A DNA stretch of 64,000 nucleotides from Candidatus Scalinduaceae bacterium (lineage in GTDB: Bacteria; Planctomycetota; Brocadiia; Brocadiales; Scalinduaceae), in NCBI GenBank assembly GCA_046759445.1, contig JBHICG010000003.1:51731-115730 (forward strand), read 5' to 3'. Below, piece by piece: positions 54,097 to 63,757 of this stretch. Within the stretch, counting starts at the first letter, position 1. The number at the start of each line of letters is the position of its first letter. Both the position numbers and the translations under genes were made by a program. The notes beneath the pieces were generated by a model. That model had not been told where the DNA came from. It saw only the letters and a program-made list of their open reading frames with translations, and did no database searches.

Positions 54097-54169
54097 CAAA
54101 GAAGCTAAAGTTTGGCAATAAGTATAATGGCAAAGATTGCAGATAAAAAAAACACAAGGATGGTTAGTT

Positions 54170-54970
54170 ATGGATAAATCAAAAGTATTGATAATAGTAC
54201 CTTCATACAGAGAAGAGAAAAACATCAAAAAGGTTATAGAAGGATTAAGAAAATATGTCCCTGATATGGATGTCTTAATAATAGTTGATGGTTCGAAGGA
54301 TAGGACCGAGGAGATTGTCTCTCATAATGGATTCAATTTACTTGTACATCCTTTTAATATGGGATATGGAGTTACAGTTCAAACAGGCTATAAATATGCT
54401 GTTAAACATGGTTACGACATAGTAGTTCAAGTTGATGGTGATGGTCAACACGATCCTAAATTTATAATACCTTTGGTTAACACACTAAAAAATAGTGGTT
54501 CCGATGTTGTTATTGGTTCACGCTTTTTAGCAGGCGGAAGCTATGATGTACCGATTACGAGGAAAATTGGAATCAAGTTTTTTTCAAAGATAGTAACTCT
54601 AACAACAGGTCAAAAAATAAGTGATTCTACCTCTGGTTTCCAGGCGCTTAATCGTGAGGTCTTTAACTTTTTTTCCAAAGTAGATAATTTTCCCTACGAC
54701 TATCCTGACGCTGATACAATAATAACCCTGATCTTCGCAGGATTCAAAGTCAAAGAGATTCCCGTAATTATGTATGATCGATTAAATGGAAGATCCATGA
54801 TTACGGGAATTAAGACACTGAGTTATGTGATTAGGATGTTAATTTCTATCTTGATAACCGTATTACGAAAGAAGAAGATCCATGAAGATTCTAAGGAATT
54901 AAGCAATTTCGCATATAGTAATCAAAAGATTAAGGCAGAAATAAGGCCAGGTGTTAAGCTGCTTCATTAA
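54170..54970 (+). CDS. GT2, polyprenol-phosphate glycosyltransferase (DPM1-like)
   Basis: IIVPSYRE, VDGSKD, QVDGDGQHDP, VIGSRF, DSTSGFQA. Confidence 0.88.
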   Translation: MDKSKVLIIVPSYREEKNIKKVIEGLRKYVPDMDVLIIVDGSKDRTEEIVSHNGFNLLVHPFNMGYGVTVQTGYKYAVKHGYDIVVQVDGDGQHDPKFIIPLVNTLKNSGSDVVIGSRFLAGGSYDVPITRKIGIKFFSKIVTLTTGQKISDSTSGFQALNREVFNFFSKVDNFPYDYPDADTIITLIFAGFKVKEIPVIMYDRLNGRSMITGIKTLSYVIRMLISILITVLRKKKIHEDSKELSNFAYSNQKIKAEIRPGVKLLH

Positions 54971-55386
54971 TAAATTAGCTCCTTTCAGTCACTAATTTAT
55001 GTCATTTTGCTTCGCAAAATGATATTCAACTTGAAATGCATATTTTCTCTTGGAATACAACGATAAGTTTTGTAGGGTAAAATATTTCAATAACTTATAA
55101 AATTTTTGACATGTGAATATGGGTGAGATTAAGGTTCAAATTGAGTTGGAAAATTTTGCAGATAGAGATTGGTTTTTAAGGAATTGGATTTAATCCCTGA
55201 TTGTCAAAGACAAACATTATTACCGAGGCCTGAGTCGCCGATCTATTCATCTCGAAAATGAAATAAAGTGATATATTTGATTAAGAAAAAGTTTTTACAG
55301 AGTAATACTATGATTAGGAAATTTTTCTTTGTCTAACGTTTTGCGCAACAAAACGCCTAAATTAGTGAACGGAGGGAACTAATTTA
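54971..55386. mobile_element. 416-bp segment bounded by inverted family-F repeats
   Basis: Left TAAATTAGCTCCTTTCAGTCACTAATTTA; right end reverse complement TAAATTAGTTCCCTCCGTTCACTAATTTA; each has an inner TTTTG..CAAAA hairpin. Confidence 0.6.
55119..55266 (+). pseudogene. Internally deleted, frameshifted remnant of a small clan AA (retropepsin-like) aspartic protease gene
   Basis: MGEIKVQIELENFADR then, in another frame, ELDLIPDCQRQTLLPRPESPIY and a shifted KMK-stop; the catalytic DTG middle is absent. Family recognised from memory of its terminal motifs. Confidence 0.55.
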
Positions 55387-55387
55387 T

Positions 55388-55735
55388 ATGCAAGTCAAAT
55401 ATTTAATTATCAGACTCTTATCAATATTGATGTTTATTTTAATAATGAAATTAATTTACAGTAATAAACTTAAAACCGGTTCTTCCTGGATTTGGTTGGT
55501 TTTCGGATCTGGATTCCTTGTGTTAATGATATGGCCTGCTCTAATAGATTTCTCTAAGGACCTTATAGGAGTGGATTCTTGGATAGATATTGTCTTCATA
55601 TTCATAATGATTTCTTTATTGGTTATTAATATCCATTTTTCTATAGTAATTTCAGGGCTTTCAGACAGGTTTAAAGACTTGGCACAGGAAATAACCTTTC
55701 TTAATAAAGAAGTAGAAGATAAAAAAATAAATTAG
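55388..55735 (+). CDS. DUF2304-family small membrane protein
   Basis: Three TM segments, SWIWL, IWP, HFSIVISGLSDRFKDLAQEITFL; usual partner of DPM1-like GT2. Confidence 0.82.
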   Translation: MQVKYLIIRLLSILMFILIMKLIYSNKLKTGSSWIWLVFGSGFLVLMIWPALIDFSKDLIGVDSWIDIVFIFIMISLLVINIHFSIVISGLSDRFKDLAQEITFLNKEVEDKKIN

Positions 55736-55758
55736 CTCCTTTCCGTCACTAATTTATT

Positions 55759-57846
55759 ATGGAATATATTATCAGTATTTTTATTTTTATTTTTGGCATT
55801 ATTACGTGGATACCTTTTCTTAAAACTCCTTATGGTCAGGATCAGGCAGGAAGTGCATATTATGTTGATCAGGCGTTAAAGGGGGAAATTACCTTTTTTA
55901 AAGATGTTTTTGTATACCCTATAGGATCTTATTTACACATAATAATCCTTCAATATCTCTTTGGAAAAGATAACAAATATTATAACAGGTTTATGTGCTT
56001 GTGGTGTTCTTTATCAGCATTTATTATCTACTGGATTGTTTACAATTTGTTTGGTCCTGTTGCTGCTATTGTAGCTGGGATTTTATTTGCCTTATATATA
56101 GTAAATCCTCGTATTGGTGGGAATTGGGGTACACTTGAACAACTTTTAGCCCTTCCTTCACTTGTAAGTATATTCTTAATTCTACAGGCATCGAAAACAG
56201 ATAATCATCTTTTAATTGCCTTATCGGGTTTATTTTTTGGTTATACAATCCTCATCAAACAAACCTCTATTCTGTATTTACCAGGATATATTTTAATGAT
56301 GATAGGGGAAAATATTACACTTACCTCTTTTTTGATTTTTGGAGGTAGTATCCTTTTTTCTAATCTTATCCCACTGTTTTACTATTGGAAAAAGGATGCT
56401 TTTTGGGAATATTTAGCATGTAATTGGCTGGTGATGCTTCCCTCTGCAGTCAATCCAAAAAAATATAACAAATATTACCCAGGAGTGTTTGTTAAAGGCG
56501 AAGTCGATAGCAAAATAAAAAAACAAACCCTTTTAAAAAATTCTCTATCTCTTTTTCCAGTAATGTTTCTTGTGATTATTAGTTTGAATTCTTTTATTGT
56601 TAATTATAGCTTTTCTATTTTTTATCTTGGATTGTTTATATGCCTCTTGGCTTCAATATGGATGGTTTTTATGCGAGGGACCTTTTTCCCTCATTATTGG
56701 TTAAACATGGTTCCATGGTTAGTCATCCTGGCCAGCTATAGCCTTGGTGAAATAATATCTATCTTAACTACTAGGTCAAGTTTAAATGCATTACAGTTGA
56801 GCGGGACCTTAGCTATTTTTGGATTGTTTTTATATACCTTTTTCATTGATTACAAATACTTCATTTTACATAAAGACCCTTATGGTTTTCTTACAATGTT
56901 TAAAGGCGATAATTTTGTAAAATCTAATTATAAAGATCCCATAGAAATTGGAAAATATATAAAAAATACCACTAATCCAGATGACAAAATTCTTGTATGT
57001 GGGTGGGTGCCCTATATTATCTTTTATTCGGAAAGAAGCTCCTTTTGTCCTGATACTTGTATGTATGCAGAAGACTATTTGGAGATTTATAATAAATCAA
57101 ATCCCACATTACTTGAATTCTTAAATCGTATTTATAATTTTAGAAACTTTAAAATAATAAAACAGAAAGAGAACGTATTTAAAACAGGGTTTCCAGAAAT
57201 AATAGTATTTCCCGATGGGAAAGGAGATATTAAGGGCTTCGAAAAATTGACTGGAATGTATTATTCAAAGGATGAAAACCTTGGTGGGTATCCTTTATAT
57301 AGAGTTGATAGGGAATTAACGGAATTAATGTCATCCTATGAAAAATCAAACAATGAAAAATTTTCAATAGAGAAAGATATAGATTTAGAAGGAAATGAAT
57401 TGTTTAATACTCCTGATAAACAAGACTGGTATACGGCTTTTAAAACTGCAAAACAGTTGTTGAAAAAAGACCCTCATAATATAGAGCATTTATTGATACT
57501 GGGGGATTGTTTAATAGGATCAGGCAACCATAATTTATTATTCAAATTATACAATAGGTTAGTTGAAAATAAAATCGTTACAACAACATCTAGATTGGAA
57601 TTGTTGAATAAGCTCGGTGAGGCCTATTGTAGTCAAAATAAATTTAAAGAGGCAGAAGCGCTTTTCCATAAAATCCTTAAACTTAATCCAAATAATTCGA
57701 CTGTATTAAACAATTTGGGGTTTGTATATTCTAAACAGAACAAGATTATTGAAGCTACAGTGAGTTTTCAAAAAGCCTTAGAGCTAAACCCTAATAACAA
57801 AGATGCAATTCTCAATCTTAACCAAATCAAAGCGCTGTGCAGCTAA
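55759..57846 (+). CDS. GT-C fold membrane glycosyltransferase (ArnT/PMT-like) with C-terminal TPRs
   Basis: Many TM helices, GQDQAGSAY loop, LIKQT motif, IKNTTNPDDKILV, terminal TPRs. Confidence 0.75.
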   Translation: MEYIISIFIFIFGIITWIPFLKTPYGQDQAGSAYYVDQALKGEITFFKDVFVYPIGSYLHIIILQYLFGKDNKYYNRFMCLWCSLSAFIIYWIVYNLFGPVAAIVAGILFALYIVNPRIGGNWGTLEQLLALPSLVSIFLILQASKTDNHLLIALSGLFFGYTILIKQTSILYLPGYILMMIGENITLTSFLIFGGSILFSNLIPLFYYWKKDAFWEYLACNWLVMLPSAVNPKKYNKYYPGVFVKGEVDSKIKKQTLLKNSLSLFPVMFLVIISLNSFIVNYSFSIFYLGLFICLLASIWMVFMRGTFFPHYWLNMVPWLVILASYSLGEIISILTTRSSLNALQLSGTLAIFGLFLYTFFIDYKYFILHKDPYGFLTMFKGDNFVKSNYKDPIEIGKYIKNTTNPDDKILVCGWVPYIIFYSERSSFCPDTCMYAEDYLEIYNKSNPTLLEFLNRIYNFRNFKIIKQKENVFKTGFPEIIVFPDGKGDIKGFEKLTGMYYSKDENLGGYPLYRVDRELTELMSSYEKSNNEKFSIEKDIDLEGNELFNTPDKQDWYTAFKTAKQLLKKDPHNIEHLLILGDCLIGSGNHNLLFKLYNRLVENKIVTTTSRLELLNKLGEAYCSQNKFKEAEALFHKILKLNPNNSTVLNNLGFVYSKQNKIIEATVSFQKALELNPNNKDAILNLNQIKALCS

Positions 57847-57975
57847 ACCGTATCTTTTTAAGTAAGCCACTCATGAATGGTGTGAGATAAAAATGTGTCA
57901 TGAAATTCTCAAAAAAATTGATTTCCAAGGAAAAAACAAAATCATAGGCCGGTAGTAACGGCTTAACAAGCAATC

Positions 57976-59409
57976 ATGGCTTCCATATTTCTTGCAAATG
58001 CCCCATATTTCTTGGAGGAAAGGTATGGGAAACTGGCTTCAGTCGGAGCTACCCTTCCACACATGGGGCTGCTCATGTTGGGAGCAGTTCTACGGGAAAG
58101 AGGTCATCGCGTTCGCATATTTGATGCCTCCGCACAGGGTTTGAGCTATGAACAGACGATTGAGGACACTAAAAAATTCCAACCTGACATCATTGCCCTT
58201 ACTGCAGTAACGCCTTCAATCTTTAAAACCGTAAAATTGGCCTCGATGATGAAGGATGTCTATCCTTCCATACCTATAGTCTTAGGGGGCCCACATTTCA
58301 CTGCAGTTCCAGAGCAGACACTGACGGATTATTCTGTTTTTGATTATGGGGTCTTGGGTGAAGGTGAGAATACGCTGGTTGATCTAGTCGAGGCCTTAGC
58401 CGCTGATAAAAGGCCAATAAATGTGCCAGGAGTGGCATTTCGTGAAAACGGCAAAGTCTTTTTTTCGCCTCCACGACCAAATATAAAGGATCTCGATACC
58501 CTCCCATTTCCCGCCTGGGATCTCTTAGATGGATTTCCATCCCAATATCATCCGGCATTGTTTAAGTATAAAAGACTCCCTTCCACACACATCATATCTG
58601 CTAGAGGCTGCCCGAGCAAATGTATTTTTTGCGATACTTCTGTCTTCAGTCGTCAGATCAGATTCCATAGTGCGGAATATGTGCTTGAGATGGTTGACCA
58701 TTTAGTGAAGAATTTTGGGATTAAGGAGATCATTTTCGAGGACGACCAATTTCTTATGAAAAAGGAGAGGGTGGCAAGGATATGTAATGGACTCTTGAAA
58801 GCCAAAAGGGGTATTTCCTGGTGCTGCAGCGTGAGGGTCAATTCCGTGAAAGATCTTGCGTTACTCAAACAGATGAAACGATCTGGTTGCTGGCAGATAA
58901 ATTATGGGATTGAGTCAGGAAATCAGAAAATTCTCAATTTTGCTAAAAAGGAAATCACAATCGATCAGATTGAAAAGGCGGTTCGCCTAACTCATGAAGC
59001 CGGAATCTTGAGCAAAGGGTACTTCATCCTTGGGCTACCATATGAAACCGAAGAAACCATGAGAAACACTATTCACTTTGCTAAACACATACCATTAAAC
59101 GATATCAGCGTTTTCATGTTAACTCCCTTCCCCGGCTCGGAAATGTATGACATTGCAGAACAATGTGGTACTATTGAAAATGATTTTGAGCAGATGAATG
59201 TTCTCAATGTTGCTTTCTTGCCGAACGGTTTATCCAAAGAAAAGCTTTTATATTATCAACAACGTTTTATGAGAGAATTCTACCTGCGTCCACGAGTAAT
59301 TAGCAATTATTTTAAGAGAATTGTAGTTAATCCGTCGAATTTTTTTAAAATGATTAGGGCCTTTAGTGGATTTTCAAAATATGTATTTGAAAGAACATTT
59401 AATCTTTAA
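57976..59409 (+). CDS. Cobalamin-binding radical SAM enzyme
   Basis: PHMGLLML, LGGPHFT, GEGE, SARGCPSKCIFC, GIESG, TPFPGS. Confidence 0.92.
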   Translation: MASIFLANAPYFLEERYGKLASVGATLPHMGLLMLGAVLRERGHRVRIFDASAQGLSYEQTIEDTKKFQPDIIALTAVTPSIFKTVKLASMMKDVYPSIPIVLGGPHFTAVPEQTLTDYSVFDYGVLGEGENTLVDLVEALAADKRPINVPGVAFRENGKVFFSPPRPNIKDLDTLPFPAWDLLDGFPSQYHPALFKYKRLPSTHIISARGCPSKCIFCDTSVFSRQIRFHSAEYVLEMVDHLVKNFGIKEIIFEDDQFLMKKERVARICNGLLKAKRGISWCCSVRVNSVKDLALLKQMKRSGCWQINYGIESGNQKILNFAKKEITIDQIEKAVRLTHEAGILSKGYFILGLPYETEETMRNTIHFAKHIPLNDISVFMLTPFPGSEMYDIAEQCGTIENDFEQMNVLNVAFLPNGLSKEKLLYYQQRFMREFYLRPRVISNYFKRIVVNPSNFFKMIRAFSGFSKYVFERTFNL

Positions 59410-59457
59410 TTACCAATGATCTGATCACTGTTAACTCGTTATAAGGAAATTCATAAG

Positions 59458-60498
59458 ATGAAACACCCACTACCATTAGTAACAATAATAGTGGTTACGT
59501 TAAACAATCTGAATCTGCTTAGAAAGTGTTTAAATAGCCTTTACGCCCAGGATTATGGAGCAATTGAAATTGTTGTCATTGATAACGGGTCTGACAAAGA
59601 CGTAAAAAGCATGTTTGCTCAAGAATTCCCAGATGTTCGTATGGTCAGGCTGAATAAAAATTATGGCTTTGCAGGGGGAAATAATCGAGGCATAGAAGGA
59701 GTCCAGAGCAAATATATAGCACTAATCAACAATGATGCTGTTGCCTCACCTCAATGGATTAGTTCTTTAGTTGCAACTGCGGAATCTGACAAAAGAATCG
59801 GGGCGGTAGCTTCCATTATCATTGATGGAAACCGACCGGAGGTTTTGGATTCATGTGGCGTTGGTATCGGGCTTGACGGGATGTCCCGCCAGGCAATGAG
59901 GGGAAAGGCTCCGCCTGAACTGAGCGGCCCGAAGGAAGTATTATTGGTCAGCGGCTGTGCCTGTCTATTCCGAATGGCTGCACTTAGAGATACCGGGTTG
60001 TTCGACGAAGCTTACTTTGCTTACTGCGAGGATACTGATCTAGGCCTCCGCCTACGTTGGGCCGGCTGGAAGGCGGTTATTGCCCCAGGGGCTAAAGTCA
60101 AGCATAACTATTCGATGACCGTCGGGAAAGCCTCGCTAAATAAGGTTTTCTGGGTGGAGCGAAATCACTTCTGGGTAGTCGTAAAAAACTTCCCAACTGT
60201 GATGCTCCCTTTGGTTCCTCTGGTAACGGTGTGGCGCTACATATTGCAAGCCTACGCCATTATTACTGGTTCTGGAGACATTCGTGACTTCACGGACCAA
60301 GCTGGCACTCTTAAGATTATAACGACTATCCTGCTTGCGCAGATTCAGGCTATGATTGGAACACCCTCTATGCTGCGTAAGCGTTTCACCTTTTCACCCA
60401 TGCGCAGAATAAGCGATACTCAGATGTGTAAGATAATATTATCCTTTAGATTATCGGTGCGTGAAATTATTATTGGAAGCAACGATGCCCGTAACTGA
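59458..60498 (+). CDS. GT2 glycosyltransferase
   Basis: VIDNGS, NYGFAGGNN, LINNDA, GLFDEAYFAYCEDTDLGLR. Confidence 0.92.
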   Translation: MKHPLPLVTIIVVTLNNLNLLRKCLNSLYAQDYGAIEIVVIDNGSDKDVKSMFAQEFPDVRMVRLNKNYGFAGGNNRGIEGVQSKYIALINNDAVASPQWISSLVATAESDKRIGAVASIIIDGNRPEVLDSCGVGIGLDGMSRQAMRGKAPPELSGPKEVLLVSGCACLFRMAALRDTGLFDEAYFAYCEDTDLGLRLRWAGWKAVIAPGAKVKHNYSMTVGKASLNKVFWVERNHFWVVVKNFPTVMLPLVPLVTVWRYILQAYAIITGSGDIRDFTDQAGTLKIITTILLAQIQAMIGTPSMLRKRFTFSPMRRISDTQMCKIILSFRLSVREIIIGSNDARN

Positions 60499-61117
60499 CA
60501 GAAGTACATCCAAGCAAACCTTGTTTCAGCGCGATCAATACGCAAAAGGAGGAGTGAACCGAGTGTATTGGGATTATCGGGATATGACGGTCATATCGTT
60601 GCTGGATCAGAATGATCGGTTAATAGTTGATCTTGGATGCGGCGAGGGTCTAACACTGCAAAAACTGGTCAGAATGTTTTCACACAGTGAAATACTGGGG
60701 ATTGACCTTCTGGAAGAAAACATTGAGGTTTGTTTAAAATATGATCTTCCCGCTAGGAAGGGCGATGTCTATAAGATTGACTTGCCCAAAGAAAGCGTTG
60801 ATGCAGTCCTGTTTATGGAAGTGGTGGAGCATCTGGACAGGCCAGTGGAAGCAATCTCTCAAATCCACAGGATACTAAAACCTGGCGGGAAACTCGTGAT
60901 AGTATTTCCTAACGATCGCTTTTTCAAATTGGCAAGAATTATGACGCTAAAAATCCGAGAGGCTTTTTATGATCCTGGACACCTAGGGCAGTGGACGCCT
61001 CGAGGAATGAAACATGTCCTTATTGAAACAGGATTCGAGGTTTACTATTCAAAATTCATCCCTTTCCTTTTCTGGAAAACCTCGCTTCACTGTGTGATAG
61101 GGGCACGCAAAATATGA
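60485..61117 (+). CDS. Class I SAM-dependent methyltransferase
   Basis: VDLGCGEG, EVVEHL, RILKPGG; ORF track starts GTG 60461. Confidence 0.9.
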   Translation: MPVTDRSTSKQTLFQRDQYAKGGVNRVYWDYRDMTVISLLDQNDRLIVDLGCGEGLTLQKLVRMFSHSEILGIDLLEENIEVCLKYDLPARKGDVYKIDLPKESVDAVLFMEVVEHLDRPVEAISQIHRILKPGGKLVIVFPNDRFFKLARIMTLKIREAFYDPGHLGQWTPRGMKHVLIETGFEVYYSKFIPFLFWKTSLHCVIGARKI

Positions 61118-62526
61118 TCATAAACCGGGTTAAGTTTATCATGCGGAAAGTCTTGTTTGTAAATGCAGTGGATCCCGTAGCAGAGGTCGAGAATCGCTAT
61201 CTTCCTCTGTGGCCAGCTTATCTGGCAGCCTATGCTGAGAAGCACTTGGGGCCAGGACGGATAGATTTCCGGTTCATGACTAGAAGGCTTGAAAATGAAC
61301 TTGATGTTTACGAGCCCGATGTTGTGGCCATCGGCTCAGTGTCCCAGAATTTCAACCATGCGCTCCGGTACGCCCAGGAGTGTAAGAAACGTGGGTTAGC
61401 CGTGATCGTAGGTGGACCTCATATATCCGCGTTGCCCCAGTGTCTCTCTGAGGACATGGATGTGGGATGCATTGGAGAGGGAGAACACACTTTCCTGGAG
61501 CTAATGCAATTATTTTTGGATCGGTGTGAGTTTCGAGCCGACGGTTTGAACAAAATTAATGGTATAGTTTACCGTGACGGTGATCGGTTGGTAAGAACTT
61601 CCACTCGCCGACTCATTGATAAGCTGGATCAGATCCCCCATCCGAACAGGTCTCTTGTCGGCTATCAGCGTCATGGTTACATGTTTACTTCGCGTGGGTG
61701 CCCTTACAGGTGTACTTTCTGTGCCTCCTCTCGTTTCTGGAACAGAGTCCGGTTTGCCTCCGCCAACTATGTGGTGGACGAGATTTTGGAATTAGTCAGT
61801 AACGGCTGTAAAATGATTAGCTTTTATGATGATCTCTTTGTGACGAATAAAGAGCGTGTGAAAAAAATTGCCGATTTATTGGCCGATCGGGGTCTGCTTG
61901 GAAAAGTGAAGTTTACTTGTTCTTGCCGAGTCAACGTTGTCACAAAGGAACTCGTTGAACTCCTGAAGCGCTTAAATGTAGTATCAGTAGGTATGGGACT
62001 GGAAAGTGGTTCGGATCGTATACTAGCTTGCCTCAAAGGAAATGTTACAGTCGAGGACAACGAGAGAGCGGTGAACCTCTTCAAAGAGGCAGGTATTCAA
62101 GTAAACGCTTCGTTCGTCATCGGTTCACCGGATGAGACGGAAGATGAAATCATAGATACGTACAAATTCATAAAAAGGAGCCGCCTAGATTTTGTGGATA
62201 CATATGTGCTTACACCGTTCCCAGGAACGCCCGTTTGGGACTTCGCCGTCGAACGAGGGTTGGTTTCCGAAAACATGGATTGGAGGCACCTAAATGTCAA
62301 CTTTGAGCACAGCGGTAACAGATCTGTCATAGTTTCACAGAAACTGAGTCGGAACGACATCAAACGCTTATACCGCAAATTTCGCCGACAGCGCATCTAT
62401 CGCATTTTAAAAGCTCTTCCCGGCTCTCCGTGGCTTCAAGATGTCCCGAAGGCGGTTCGCGGAATGATCTTTGAGAAGGTATCCAAGTTAAGCCAAAAGT
62501 TTCTTTTTCTCCAATTTTTGGAGTAA
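61114..62526 (+). CDS. Cobalamin-binding radical SAM enzyme
   Basis: VGGPHIS, GEGE, TSRGCPYRCTFC, GLESGS, TPFPGTP. Confidence 0.92.
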   Translation: MIINRVKFIMRKVLFVNAVDPVAEVENRYLPLWPAYLAAYAEKHLGPGRIDFRFMTRRLENELDVYEPDVVAIGSVSQNFNHALRYAQECKKRGLAVIVGGPHISALPQCLSEDMDVGCIGEGEHTFLELMQLFLDRCEFRADGLNKINGIVYRDGDRLVRTSTRRLIDKLDQIPHPNRSLVGYQRHGYMFTSRGCPYRCTFCASSRFWNRVRFASANYVVDEILELVSNGCKMISFYDDLFVTNKERVKKIADLLADRGLLGKVKFTCSCRVNVVTKELVELLKRLNVVSVGMGLESGSDRILACLKGNVTVEDNERAVNLFKEAGIQVNASFVIGSPDETEDEIIDTYKFIKRSRLDFVDTYVLTPFPGTPVWDFAVERGLVSENMDWRHLNVNFEHSGNRSVIVSQKLSRNDIKRLYRKFRRQRIYRILKALPGSPWLQDVPKAVRGMIFEKVSKLSQKFLFLQFLE

Positions 62527-62728
62527 GTTCTTTAATAATTTCGTAGGTCTTTGCCGTAATGGCGTGTCTTTGCAAATTTCTAATAAAACTCTCATGGGGT
62601 CAGGTCTTTCATTATTACTTTTTATTATTTTCCCTCAGATCGCTGTTAGTAGTACAGCTTAATGTAATATTGCAAGATCCATTTACTCACATCTCGGCAA
62701 AACACTTAATACTTTACTCACTTTAGTT

Positions 62729-63646
62729 TTATACCGAGCAGTATTTTTTTAAAAAACCTATATTTTTGTAGATAAGATCGGCGGCAAGGAAATTTGGCGC
62801 TTCGTTTCCCGGGATTGGTTTGAGTTCCATAACGTCAAAACCCACAACATTCCTTCTTTCATATACCTTTCTAAGAAAATTTAATACGGTATACCAATCA
62901 AGCCCACCCGGGACAGGTGTCCCCGTGGAAGGCATTATGGAAGGGTCAAGTCCGTCAAGGTCTAAGCTGACGTAGACATTTTTGCCTAATGAGTCAATGG
63001 CCTCATCATGCCATTTATCATTGTCATAGATATCTTCAGCATAAAATATCTTCAGGTCTAGGTTGTGACTCTTTATATACTCATGTTCCTCTTCTGACGT
63101 AACTCTTATGCCAAACTGAGTTATACTACATCCTATGTCTATCAGTCTCTTTGCCACACAGGCATGGCTGTATCTTGAACCTCCATATTCCTCCACCAGG
63201 TCATGGTGTGCGTCTAGTTGTAAAACCGATAGTTTGTCATATTTATGTTTATATGCCCTCACAACTCCCTGAGTAATAGTGTGTTCTCCACCAATGGTAA
63301 CCAGAAATTTATCATCGGAGACATAACCTTTACTTACATCATAAACCCTTTTTATGACTTCTTCAGGATTTACGTGTACGTCTTCAATATTTAAGATTCC
63401 TGCCGTAAATATGCCTATTTCAAAGATATTTCCCAATTCTTTGTCATAATGTTCAAGGTTTGGAGAGACGTTTAGGATGCTGCTCGGACCATTTCTGGCG
63501 CCCGGCTGAAAGGTTGCGGTGCCATCATAGGGTACACCAAGTATTACGACCTTTGATTTATCATATGCTTCAGTTTCTTCTTTGAAGTTGTATGGAAATG
63601 CACCAAATGGTGCGGAGCACAGGATATGTTTTTTGATATTACTCAT
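62729..63646 (-). CDS. speB: Agmatinase (ureohydrolase family)
   Basis: GVPYDGT, GGEHTIT, QLDAHHDL, SHAC, SLDLDGLDPS..PSTGTPVPGG. Confidence 0.9.
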   Translation of the reverse strand: MSNIKKHILCSAPFGAFPYNFKEETEAYDKSKVVILGVPYDGTATFQPGARNGPSSILNVSPNLEHYDKELGNIFEIGIFTAGILNIEDVHVNPEEVIKRVYDVSKGYVSDDKFLVTIGGEHTITQGVVRAYKHKYDKLSVLQLDAHHDLVEEYGGSRYSHACVAKRLIDIGCSITQFGIRVTSEEEHEYIKSHNLDLKIFYAEDIYDNDKWHDEAIDSLGKNVYVSLDLDGLDPSIMPSTGTPVPGGLDWYTVLNFLRKVYERRNVVGFDVMELKPIPGNEAPNFLAADLIYKNIGFLKKYCSV

Positions 63647-63691
63647 TTAAAAATTAACTATAACCTAAATTGGGCGATTATTAAACAATAT

Positions 63692-63757
63692 TGTCATTCC
63701 CGTGAATCCAGGAATCAGAAGGACTAGATTCCCGCTCAACAGACTGCGGGAATGACA
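63692..63757. repeat. TGTCATTCCCG...CGGGAATGACA REP-like element
   Basis: 11-bp terminal inverted repeat; related ends at ~31847 and flanking the 13706/31703 element. Confidence 0.75.

Noticed and set aside
62691..62716. sigma28-like motif TAAA-N14-GCCGAGAT on minus strand
   Set aside because: Spacer one base short, imperfect -10, and no gene downstream on that strand.
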